Of a stretch of 64,000 nt of DNA, positions 49,795-64,000 are shown in pieces. Both the position numbers and the translations under genes were made by a program. Position 1 is the stretch's first letter; each line of letters begins with the position of its first letter. The notes beneath the pieces are model-generated. The model worked only from the letters and a program-made list of their open reading frames with translations, was not told the DNA's origin and did no database searches. Source of the stretch: Vezdaea acicularis (lineage: Eukaryota); contig JAPEUI010000006.1 in the NCBI GenBank assembly GCA_026025075.1, forward strand, positions 124,001-188,000, read 5' to 3'.

Positions 49795-52247
49795 ATGTCG
49801 CAAGACAGCGCGCTCTTTAGCGTTCGTCGGCCACGAGAGGTAAGTCACGGGCAGTTTCTGTATAGAGAGGGAACCCATGGCAGCTGTCGCAAAGCATCAA
49901 AAAGAGTTCTAACTAACTTTAATTGATTTGCAGACACTGGGCGGTCTGAATCATAACTCCGGTATTCCTCAACCCGCCTCAGCCCTCAAACGCTCCAATT
50001 CTATATCAAACCTTCAGCAGAACGCACCTTACACAGTCAATCATGCGCGATCGATATCAGGCTCACGGGCATCATTGGCCCCTGGTAGGCCAAACCAACC
50101 AGTCTTTCACCGCTCAAATTCTGGCAGCAACCTTGCGGAGATGGGCGCATCAGCAGTGAAACGTTCGTCTTCATCGCAGATGTATCAAGGCTCGACGGGG
50201 AGGAAGAGCCATGTGCCGGGAAGTGCAATACAATCCTCAGCAGCTCAGAGCACGCACCGGAGAAGCAGTCTGTATTCGCGACCATCCTCAATGGGACCGA
50301 TTGGACATCAAAGCTTCTTTCAGGCTGCGCCCGTCCCGGCCGGAGTACCACGGGATCCACGCCCGTTGAAAGATCGGACGTATCAGGCGAGAATCTCGCA
50401 AGAACTAATGGACTACCTTACAACAAATGGATTCGAGATGGAAATGCGCCATACCTTAGGCGTCAACAGCCTGAGGTCTCCCACACAAAAGGACTTCAAT
50501 TTTATGTTCCAATGGCTTTATCACCGTATAGACCCAAGCTACCGCTTCATGAAGAACATTGATGCAGAAGTCCCACCAATCTTAAAACAGCTCAGATATC
50601 CCTTCGAGAAGAGTATTACGAAGTCTCAGATCGCAGCGGTGGGAGGGCAAAACTGGCATACATTCCTCGGAATGCTTCACTGGATGATGCAACTTTCTCA
50701 AATGGTCGATCGCTACGAGATGGGTCACTATGATGACGCGTGTGCGGAAGCAGGTGTGGATGTAACAGGAGACAGGATCATTTACCGTTTCTTGACTGCT
50801 GCTTATCGTGAATGGCTACAACAAGACGAGGAGGTCACTGACGAAGAAGCTGCGAAGGCAATTGCCCCTTATATCCAAGATATGGCCAATGAGTTTGACG
50901 CCTCTAACGCTAAATACCTCGAGGAGCTGGCTGTTCTTGAGGCTGAAAATCAAGCACTTATTGAGCAAATAAAGGAGGTTGACAAGTCGACTCCAGATGT
51001 GGCCAAGCTCGACAAGAACTACAAGATCATGGACGAGGACATTGGGAAGTTTGAGCAGTACAATACTTTCATTGAAGCCAAAGCCGAGAAATATGAGACT
51101 CGAGTGAAGTTCCTCCTCGAAGAGATCGAGAAGGCTGAAGCCGAACTCAAAGAAGCAGAGTCGGAAAAGATAAGTCTGCAACGAGAGGTTGACCGACAAG
51201 GGATATCCGTACAAGACATTGACCGGATGAATACGGAGCGAGAACGACTGCAAAAAGGAGTCGAGACGACTTTATCACGCCTTGACGAAGCCAAGAGAAA
51301 AGTTGCAGAGAAAGAGTCCGAAGCTGCGCTCAAGCTTGAGGTCTTAGAACGGTCGGTCGAGAAGTTCAATTCCCTAGGTTATCAGATTGGCATTATTCCA
51401 TCCACAGCGCCAAATGCAGGAGGGAAAAACTACGAAGTTGTGATCACGATAAACGAAGGACCTGACTTCAGCGCTTCCACGCAGCAACGATTGGGGAACT
51501 CTCAGCTCGGAGGCAATGCCGACAGTGACCGCCTCCTCGCAGACCCAGTCACGGGTTACCAGCCAGGCCACCTCCTGAACGTAGACTTACGTGGCGCGAT
51601 TAGGACCAACCTGATGGCCTTGAAAAAGGACATCTATGACAGAAGGATCTTAGCACAAGAGGTCGATGTCAAGAACCGAGACCTTTTGGATGGCATCAAG
51701 GAAGCTATTGAAGATAAGAGGAGTGAGGTCGATGCTCTCGGTCATAGAGTCCGAGCTGCGGAAGAGGAGTTCGAGAAGACCAAAGAGGTAAGCAGCCCAA
51801 TGATCTTATTTTAGAGTCTTTCAGGTTGTGATATTGGCGCTAATGTATGAGTACAGATCACAACAACGCAGAAACTAGCTTCAGACACCCAGATTGAGAA
51901 GATGGAGAAAGAGCTTGCAAAGCTGCGGGCTGGATTGACCGAATCCGTGCAGCTAATGGAGCAGCGAGAAATGAACACAAACATTGAGTAAGCTAACTCC
52001 TATACCATTCTCTCCTGGCTCCTACTTACAGCAAACCAGATATGAACAATTGACACTGAAAGCCAATGCCCTTCGAGAAGAACTGCATACGGAAATTGAG
52101 CACATGCTGAACGACATCATCAAATTCAAGGTGCACGTTCAGAAAAGTCTCGAGGATTACGAAGGGTTTGTTGTGGAGGAAGTCGAGGCGGAACTGGGCG
52201 GAGAGGACGGTAATGTCATTGATGAAGATGTTGGCACTGGGCTTTAG
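49795..52247 (+). CDS. NDC80: Kinetochore protein Ndc80/Hec1, multi-exon
   Basis: [15 protein letters not shown] start, CH domain RDPRPLKDR...[15 protein letters not shown]...[34 protein letters not shown] and long coiled coil. Confidence 0.96.
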
Positions 52248-52710
52248 ACGAGAACGAATGCATATATGATGCTTATTAACAAGGAGACTTTGACGACGGG
52301 TGGAGTTGGGGGGGAGATTTCGTGTGCTTCAATATTGGGTTTCTTGGTATGCGTATATAATTCCTCGGAGCATGAGATACCATCAAGCAGCTTTGCGGTT
52401 CAAAGATCTGTCCAATGTACCCGCCTGTATCTGAATCAATTTGAATTATCATGCTAGTTACCTTGCAAGACTAATTCTTACAGTGGTAACACCTGTCCCT
52501 CCTGTCGACATTATCTATTGTCAGAGACTACACGCCGCGCGGAGCCCAATCAACCCAGGACAGGCATCATATCCAAATCCACAGAAAGGGACGCGAACGG
52601 AGATGGTGGCAGTGATCTAATTAATGAAACCCATCCATCATGCAATCATCATAGTCTTCGTCAATGTTAACCAGTAGAAAATCAAACGAGTCGGGCTCTT
52701 TCCCGTTAGC

Positions 52711-54207
52711 TTACAGCGCCGACTTGGTGCGTTTTTCTGTTCCTTTCTCCCTTTGACTTAGGGAACCCTCTCTTTTACGACCCTTTCCTGCTGCTCGAAG
52801 GGTGCTAGAAGCATCCTTAGCGGCACCTGCTTTTGTGACCTTCCAATATGCGAATGGACTTATCTTTCCTGCTTTGGAAGTGACTTCCATAGAGAGCGGC
52901 CCCGAGTTAGCGGATGACGCGGTTTGCGCAATATCCTCAACCATATCGTCAGCGGATACGTTGAAGTCAGTGGCCGTAGTCTCGTGGTAAATCGTTGAGT
53001 GGCCACTCTTGACAGTTTCGGTGCGCAGATGAGGGTCTTCAATATCAGTGAGAGCCTCTTCATCCGCTTCATCCCAAGGCACAGCCCAAGACGGAGCGGC
53101 GGGCTTGAACGATCTATGTTCACGAGCATTTTGTTGGGCTTTATTGGGGAACAAAAGGCGTGGTTTGATTGATGAGCGCGTAAAGTGGCGGTGTGGGTTG
53201 GTACTTATGCGATCAGTTTGGATATCGCTGCTGCCCATTACTCCTGTATCAGACATTTCAACATCTTCATCTTCTTCTTCAGCTTCATTGCTGAACTTTC
53301 GGAAGAACTTCTTTCCTCGGCTAGGTGGAAAGTTAGCAGCATCCAGTGATAAGTGCCAAGGTCAATTTCAGACTTACAAAACATAGAGTACACCTTCATT
53401 ACTCTTGATAGTTTCTTCGACACGCTCCTGTTCCTTAGGATTATTCATAATCTTGGACCGCTTGCTTGGCTTGGGTGGTGTAATCTTTCGCGTGATACGG
53501 CCAGGTCTGTCATAGAAAGGATTGTCTTCACTCTCATCTACTTCAGGAATGCGCTCCTTTGAATCTGTAAAGATCTTGATATCCTTCTGATCTTCCATCC
53601 CTTCTTGGCCATCCGAAAAACTGTCAAGTGTAAAGCCAATATGCTTCTTCGACTTTTTCTTCTTAGGTGAAGGCATAGAACTCTCAACGCTCTCAGGACG
53701 ATCGAATGAAAGCACACGTGCGGTTGATTTGAGAGCAGCAGTAGCTTGTGTTGGGCGCTTGTGTGGGGTTTTAATCGGAGTCGGAAGCATACCTAGCGCT
53801 GCATTCGTCGCTGCATTTGGCGGCATTGAATATAGTTCTGAATTGTCGGAACCAGTTGGCGAAATGCCTCTATTCGCAGGCCGTCTGCGCCCTGAGATCC
53901 CAGCTAGATTTCGGCTTGATTGGCTATTTATTGTTTTATGTGGTGATGATCGCATAGACGGAGGAGTAGAGAGAGTGTCAGTTGAAGTCCTATTTTTTGC
54001 CGCTTTCTTCAAAGTTGTCGGGGGCGAGAATGTGTCGGTGTTGTAACTTTCTGTGATAGGCGGTGGGGTACGAATGGAACGGGCGGATTGAGAATTGTTA
54101 TTCCGTGTGGATCTACGTGTTGAATAGGGCTGATATGCATCATGACGAGCGCCATGAAGAGGGCTTGGAGGAGTCCGGATAGCGGATGATGAAGGTGTTG
54201 TTGCCAT
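52711..54207 (-). CDS. Putative Rum1/Sic1-family cyclin-dependent kinase inhibitor; exons 54207-53378 and 53320-52711 (479 aa)
   Basis: The spliced product contains LPTPIKTPHKR, EDNPFY, EGVLYVFRGKKFFRKF and SSIKPRLLFP in the order I recall for S. pombe Rum1, plus many S/T-P sites. Confidence 0.75.
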
Positions 54208-54539
54208 TACGGCGAAAGGTCTGGAAGATGTGCGCCCGTCCAAATTTCGTATTCAAGATCGAGTTGTCCAGCTTTTCGGATCCACGAAATTTAGCCCGGC
54301 AGGCGCGACTAGACCTTGCTGCGAAGGTCAAAGAGGGAAGGGCGGAGGAGAATGGCGAGCAAGGACTCTTCTGACCTGAAGCTTGCAGATGCTAAGAAGA
54401 AAGTTAGGAGGTAAATGCAAGATCGATTGGTACGACGGCCCAGCATAAGATTTTTGCGGAAGGGGTTTTCACGAATATTACTGTGGTTGGGGCTGCGAAT
54501 ATGTGGACGTCCAGTTTGAGCGTCGTCAATCTAAAGTTG

Positions 54540-54680
54540 CTGTTTCGCGGTGGCTGGTGGATGGCTGGAACATGCACTATTCCCGTTACATCACGCGCCA
54601 TGCGTTTCGCGGTAAACACGCCACGTCTTCCAATCATTTGCCCTAAATATTCCACCAATATCATAAAATCACGCGTCATT
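54540..54680. promoter_or_regulatory. Bidirectional promoter with SCB-, MCB- and forkhead-like sites
   Basis: TTTCGCG at 54543 and 54605, ACGCGC at 54593, GTAAACA at 54612, ACGCGT at 54671. Confidence 0.55.
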
Positions 54681-54732
54681 GTTTCCGTGCTGATCGCAAT
54701 AGCAACAAGACGCTTGTTGTTACTCAGCGCGA

Positions 54733-55549
54733 ATGTCTATGTCGGGCTCAACGCCCAATGTCGCACATCTCGACCTCTCCGAGTCTGACACGGATGACCT
54801 GTTTGCCTCCCCCTCTCGGCCTGATAGTAAGCATACAGACCCGACAGCCGACCTCAAGGCAGCACTAGCTGGGACCAGTGAAGTAGTACAAACAGCTCGC
54901 AATAATGCAGAGACCGTTTACGATATTGAAGAGGCTCGTGAGGATGCACTTCATCGCGAGCTAGACGGCATTAAAGGAATCAATGAAGTTATTGAAGGTG
55001 TCGTGGAAAGTCTAGAGAAGGCAAAAGGGAATATGGAGGTCCTTCAACCCATCGCTCTGTAATGGAGCGTGTTCTGATGCTGACAAGGCCAATTAGATTG
55101 TATCGCGAACTGTGAATTCGGCTTCTACCCTTCTGAATACTTGGATCAGAATACTGTCTCAAACCGAGCATAATCAGCGTCTAATATTGAATCCAAACTG
55201 GCATGGCGCGTCACAAGACGCACTGGATATTGAGAACGAGTCAGTCTTAAGACAGCAAGCTATTGAACGTAGAGAATATGAGGAGCAGCAGCGAAAGGAA
55301 GCCGCCGCAAGAAAGCTTCAGGAGGAAGACCAGCGTAGAGCCGATGGAGTGACAGGCAAAGGCGCACGAGGGAGAGGGCGAGGAAGAGCAAGTACGAGAG
55401 GGAGTAGTCTGTCTAGCTCTGGCTATGGATCTACAACCACGCAGTCGAGGGGTGCTTCGAGGGGTGGGAGTACTCCCGGCATAGCTTCGAGTGGGCTTGG
55501 GCGCGGCGTGTCTGGAAGCACAAGATCGAGAGGGAGAGGTTTGCGGTGA
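54733..55549 (+). CDS. DUO1: DASH/Dam1 complex subunit Duo1; intron 55039-55096
   Basis: ELDGIKGINEVIEGVVESLEKAKGNME/IVSRTVNSASTLLNTWIRILSQTEHNQRLILNPNWHGASQD with an RG-rich tail. Confidence 0.92.
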
Positions 55550-55819
55550 TCATACAACAATTGCGGAAACTGGAACCCTTTATATTATCATGCTGCTAAG
55601 ATGTCTGAATCATGTGGTTTACACGACGCTACCTAAGCATACCAACCTATCCATGTCCTTTGGCCAAAAGCTCTCTAGACATACTTGCGGTCTTTTTGAT
55701 GGTAATGGCAGTTCTATGCTTCACCAGTCTTAAGAAAGCCATTGCAACGACTGAGCGGCAGGTGTCAGGACGGATCGCTGCATTCTACTTGCTTACGTCA
55801 AGGCCTTTCAAGCCCTTGT

Positions 55820-56814
55820 CTAAAGGCCACCTTCATCAATCCGGCACAAAAAACCTACAACCCTATTAAAGACCTCGTCTACGACCTCGTCACTGTCTTC
55901 AGCAAGATTGTGTGACGCTTTTGGTATGACCCCCGAGTGAAGCTCGTCAACAACACCCCCACCCTTCTTGGTAACCCCAATCCACTTCTTAACCAGGTTC
56001 TCTTTATCGACATAGCCTGGTACATTTTCGTCCTTCTCCGAATTCAAGATGCAAAGCGGTGTGGTAGCTGGCAGTCGTCCGAAGGAGTTTTGCAGCTGAG
56101 CATCCGTGAGGTCCGAAGAGAAATAATCATCAGCACCATCGTGCTCAGGAGAAATTAACGACAGCCACCGACTTGCGCTGCATGAATTACCAAATAAGTG
56201 AGCGGTAGCAGCGGCGGGAAGGATATCTGATCCAAGTCCAGCCGCGACCATTTCCTTTGCGAGAACAACCGACTTCCTCAGTACTTCTGGCTCCATCACG
56301 GTTCCTAGTGCTTCGCGGTCACTGACGGCAGCCTGTAGAATAACCCCCTGAATTGCGGGTCTGTCTTCACTCTCATTGCCTGTGAGATATTCCATGCAAT
56401 CTTGGCATCCGGTAGAATGTCCCATGAGAATTATCTTGCCGGCTGGGTTCAAGCCGCGGAAATAACTCACGCATGCTGCAAGCTCAGTGGCATCCTTGGC
56501 AAGGGATGATGTCGCCCAGCCGGTGTAGGACGAGGAAAGCAGCACGCTTGTCAGAGCCCACTCGGATGGAAGTCTTGCTGCAAGGAGTTGTGGGTACGGA
56601 AACGAGAGCAGTCCTTCTTCAAGGCCGCCTATGAATAAGACATGGTTCTTGGGAGCTTCGCCATTGTGCGCTTTGTTCAAATGCGTAAAGGCACCCAGTT
56701 TCTTGGTCTATTTAGCGAAAATTAACTCAATGCTCTAATATTGCATTCCCATCGTCCTAGACACCTTACATAATGATGAAGGACCCCCGGATAAGCAACA
56801 GGTTGGAAAGTCAT
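55820..56814 (-). CDS. DUF1749/UPF0613 alpha/beta hydrolase (SidJ-like family), one intron
   Basis: MTFQPVAYPGVLHHY/TKKLGAF start, VLFIGGL, nucleophile motif MGHSTGCQD, ILQAAVSDRE and DDYFSSDL. Confidence 0.88.
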
Positions 56815-57148
56815 CTTGAACTTCGCAAATATGCGGATTGGTTCTTAAGGTTTGACTCGGTGAACTAGACATTGTAGCTTCAGTAGAGAAGTTCATAGAC
56901 ACTCGTGCTGTGCCACGCTATCAACTGCCCTCGCCGATTTCACATGAGATAAGGTGTTGCACGATAAATTGTTCATTTGGATCAGAAAAGCCGCGGATCT
57001 CAGAATAGTATTTATCAGAAGTTAATATATTTTTCGTGTTATGTTAGGAGGGACCTTTCAAAACCTCAATATATGCAACGAGCCAGTGATATCATTGGTC
57101 AATGGAGTATATATTTATGCCTCGGTATATTACTTGGTTACAAATGAC

Positions 57149-57872
57149 TTATTTTAGCACCCCTCTCGCTTGAAGCAAGGTGGATGATCCTGGCGTCACT
57201 GAAGGCTTTCGAAGCTCTATACATCTCCAGAGGCGCCAGAGTTTCTCCTCGCATAGCATCAGATTCTCATTACGCAGGTAGTTCATAACACTGCTCATGC
57301 ACGAGCGACTCAAATTGCCAGTGATGTAAGCTACCCCCCTGGGCGTGCCCTCGGACCAAATTGCCATCATCGCAGGATCTAGCCAAGGCACAAGCGCGGG
57401 ATCCGTCTCATTGTTTGCCAGGGAGAGCCCGTGGGTCGTGCTTAGCCAAGTAGAGGGACCCATGGGCTCTTTTCTTTCATGAATATCTTCTGTAGACCTT
57501 TGATAAGACATCTCATTGTATAAATACCTGAGGATATAGTTCGGAGGTCTGTTGAAACAGGTGTTAACTGTTGCTAGGGACATGCCTGACAATGTACAAA
57601 TGCCTGTTCTCTTTAAGATGGCTGCCGAGTTCAGTGGTGGAAAATTATATATTAGTCAACCAACAGGCTTCATAAATCACGTATTTATACAGCGGATGGG
57701 TGCTGAGCAATTGAATAGCATTCTTGCAACTAAGCTGTACGGCGCCCTTTGAACTTGTCGCCGAAGCAGCATCATGATTCAATGTGAAGAATGGGAACTC
57801 GGAGTCATTTATCAGCATAAGCTCCACGACCGAGATGTAGGGAACGCTTAGGTCCTTGAAGCGACCAGGCAA
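57149..57872 (-). pseudogene. Possible orphan gene or decayed gene fragment
   Basis: Two same-strand ORFs (75 and 147 aa) separated by a branch-site/AG-like region near 57622-57658. No recognisable family and no clear start. Confidence 0.2.
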
Positions 57873-58412
57873 TGCGTTTGCTGATTTCTTGAGGGGAGGT
57901 ATCCAAATAACGCTTCGGCGAAGGCAAGCGTGACTGGACTAACTGATAAAATTATAATGGTAGGTGAAGCATCCCATTCGCAAAAGGGGGCTTAATCTTA
58001 TTCATCGCAAAGAGTGGGGGCCACATGTCTTTGTTTGAACGAACATGCTCGCGTCTGGCCATATTTGGACCCATTTCTTGGCAGAGAGCGCCCTTGCCAC
58101 TGAGCTAGACTACTCGAAGGTCCCATTCGGAATACCGCAAGCACAACGAGGTGCAGCTGATAAGAGTGTATACGCCAACACAGCCCTTCGAAGGCAGGGG
58201 ACCGAGATCAAGCTACAAGGACTGTATTTGAAGTTTATAGGCCATTAGCAGGTTATGAAGCAGGCATACAACTAGTGTCGCTGAAGGGAGGGCTATGTAA
58301 AATATGATATTACTCGCATTAGCTGGAAAGTTCCTCTTGCAGACGTGGATCTATGTTTAGCATTTCTCCCTAACATAAGTACTGAGTACGTCCTCTCCGC
58401 TTTGTCTCCATA

Positions 58413-61171
<2,759 letters not shown>

Positions 61172-61614
61172 CTAAAGCTAACGCAAGCAAAGACAAGCTT
61201 CCGCTCCTTCTAGTCGGAATTATGGTGTTAGCTTAAAATGTCAAGGAAGATTGAAGCCTTAGTGAGAAGCCCGACCCGCAATGAATGTCTCTTCCCTCTC
61301 AAGAACCGGCCATCGTGGGCAGCATTGAGTCAAACCTAGGCTGAGTAGAGTGTTGGTGAGAAATGCCTTCCAACCTTGAGCTTAAACATAGGATTTGTGT
61401 TTGCTATGTGAAATGCTCGATAGGTATGTCAATAATCTTTACATAGACGATTTTGCGCTAAGCCGTATTCGGACGTTGTCGCCACGAAGGCCGGAGGCGG
61501 TAGAATCTCTGACGTTCATATGAAATATTTTGGCCCCATTCATAGGACATTAAACTGTTGATCAAGTGATAAAAGGCCTGTTACAGTACTCCAATTTTGA
61601 TTACTAAGAGCAAC

Positions 61615-61938
<324 letters not shown>

Positions 61939-62524
61939 AGAGCTTAGCTGAGCTGCCTAGAGTACCTATATGAGCTCTCGGACGTGATGCTCACCATGTG
62001 TAGCTAAGCACAAATTTGGATTAATTACTAGCTTAATTGCTTTACCTAGGGCATCAGGCAGCGAAAATCCCATCGATCTTACATACATCCTGCCCTTTAT
62101 ATCAACCAACTAGTGAATAGCAGTACCACGTACATATGAGGTTCTTATCAAGGTGAAGGAGGCGCTAGAAACACAGTGCGTATCCTCGCTGGTGCTAAGC
62201 CGTACTGTGCTTACTCAAACTTCCATGTCCTTGCCCTCTCAAATAACACTGTCGGTACTAATATGTGAAAACCATACTCCATCAGTTGATGGCATAATTT
62301 AGAGCTTGTTGTGTTTTTCATGACTGTTGACACTTCACACGGCAGTGATAGCCGCCAACACCCGTCACTATGTGACTAGCATGTATAGGTCCAAGCGCGC
62401 TGCTCTCCTCAAACATTATGAACCCTTCAACCTCTCCTTTTTCATCGTTATATACGATACCTGCTGGCATTGGCTTAACGCGGAAGGCGGTCCTACTCTC
62501 GTCCTTCACGAACCCCTTTCCACT

Positions 62525-63682
62525 ATGCCCACGATTAATTCTATACCCAGTATTGTATTGGGTCGAGTGCTTTGCTATCTCGATCCCGAAGATCTCAAGA
62601 GCGCCCGTCTCGTCTCTCGTCTCTTCCAGCACCTTGCTACTGTAATACTCTTCCGGTCGATCTCTATCACTGCAAGAAAGAGTTCGCTTGCGGCACTCAA
62701 ACAGATCGCTCTACATCCGCACCTCAGCAGATATGTTAGAAAGATTACGTATGATGCTACCTTCATATCTGACCAGATACGAAATTGGGAATTTTTCAAC
62801 ACGTGGTGTAAATACAGAGGAGAGCGCGGCACGGTCGAAACACTATCCAGACGTGAGACAATTGTTAGCTATGTACTGGCTTGCCAGTCTCGCGTGGACC
62901 AAGAATCAACGCTACAACGGTCGGAAGACGCACAGTGTCTACTATTTGCTCTAAAGAAAATGCCGTACGTGCGAATCATAAAGCTTGAGTGCAAGCCAGC
63001 CAGATTTCCGACATGGTCTACAGTCTCAAGGGCAGCTCTAACGTGTCCCGATTACAAGGGGGATGACTTCGCACGTGCGATATGGGGTGTATTGCGAGCA
63101 GTCGCATTCTCTGGATATGCGGTAACCTCCCTGAAATTGGGTCCAGAAGTAAGCCTGCCTGGATATCGCATCAGCGAAGAGGTGAATTGGATACTAGCGC
63201 TACGTTGTGCCGGACAGGCCTTCAAGAACCTTAAGGAACTAAGTCTGAACTTGATCTCGCCATGGGAGACAAGGCATGTCGATATAAACTCCTCTATATT
63301 ACTCAAAAATGCGATATCGTCCGCAAAGGGTTTAGAACAACTTGAGATCGATTCGTGGCTATTTGAGGAGTGTTTCGGTGCATCCGGGCTTCCTCGGTCC
63401 TCCTTTACAGGCCCCCTTCTACCACGCCTCAAAAGACTATTTATCCGCTGTAGGCTTGGATCGCCTTGTGATTGGAGGTACATTTTAATGCAATATCAAT
63501 CTACACTTACAGGTCTGACGGTTTACGGCTTTAAAGACTCTAACGATATGGTACACTTCGCCGCGTGGGTTGAGCGCTTTCTGAACCTGAGCTATTGCAA
63601 GCTAGAGCAGAACGTCGACCAGAAATCAAGCGGAGCTATAGAAAAGGAACTCTCCTTGCGACTACCCTTTTTCAGCGTCTAA
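62525..63682 (+). CDS. F-box protein with LRR-like C-terminal region
   Basis: MPTINSIPSIVLGRVLCYLDPEDLKSARLVSRLFQHLA F-box, followed by LKELSL, LEQLEI, LKRLFI and LTGLTV repeats. Confidence 0.8.
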   Translation: MPTINSIPSIVLGRVLCYLDPEDLKSARLVSRLFQHLATVILFRSISITARKSSLAALKQIALHPHLSRYVRKITYDATFISDQIRNWEFFNTWCKYRGERGTVETLSRRETIVSYVLACQSRVDQESTLQRSEDAQCLLFALKKMPYVRIIKLECKPARFPTWSTVSRAALTCPDYKGDDFARAIWGVLRAVAFSGYAVTSLKLGPEVSLPGYRISEEVNWILALRCAGQAFKNLKELSLNLISPWETRHVDINSSILLKNAISSAKGLEQLEIDSWLFEECFGASGLPRSSFTGPLLPRLKRLFIRCRLGSPCDWRYILMQYQSTLTGLTVYGFKDSNDMVHFAAWVERFLNLSYCKLEQNVDQKSSGAIEKELSLRLPFFSV

Positions 63683-64000
63683 CAGGGTTCAGTAGTCCTG
63701 AAGTATCTGTAATGGGGCTTTCTCAGAGCTCGAAAATGCCTGGAGCCCACCTCAAATAGAGCGACATTGTGTTAGAGAGCGGCTTGTAACTGTTGGAGGT
63801 GCCAACACGCCCAGAAGTCTTATTATTTTTGAAAAAATCTTATGTTGCTTGCTTCTAAGGTTCGACGTGACAAGTTATGATCTGAACAGCTTGAGTATTT
63901 GCATAACAGAGACAGTAACGCGCATTAGCCACTGGACCGGGACGTAACCCCGAATTTTCTAGGCCTTGACGATACCTATTAAGTTGGGTATTGCGCGAGA

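Overview
Gene-dense, intron-containing filamentous ascomycete (Pezizomycotina-type) chromosomal DNA. It has GT..AG introns of mostly 50-100 nt with CTRAC/CTAAC branch sites. About 28 protein-coding genes can be supported, mostly housekeeping: U2SURP-like (partial), NOT1, RNase H2 subunit B, MCM10, NHP6, CENP-H, ATG11, Ish1/Msc1, an NAD-dependent reductase, a multicopper oxidase, DEF1, Hva1/DUF2945, phytase, PEX14, NDC80, DUO1, a DUF1749 hydrolase, PRP4 kinase, TMA7 and an F-box protein. I recognised no tRNA, rRNA, snRNA, transposon or CRISPR. The most notable observations are: (1) a spliced 'hypothetical' gene carrying the Rum1/Sic1 CDK-inhibitor motif set, head-to-head with DUO1 across an MCB/SCB/forkhead-rich promoter; (2) a recent 123-bp exon+intron tandem duplication that doubles a SUMO-interacting-like motif in front of a BTB-like domain; (3) recurrent C-rich-to-G-rich skew flips; (4) an overlapping uORF on NOT1, a 7-nt PEX14 microexon and a structured NHP6 3' region. 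All calls come from reading the sequence and recalling family motifs; no database searches were run.
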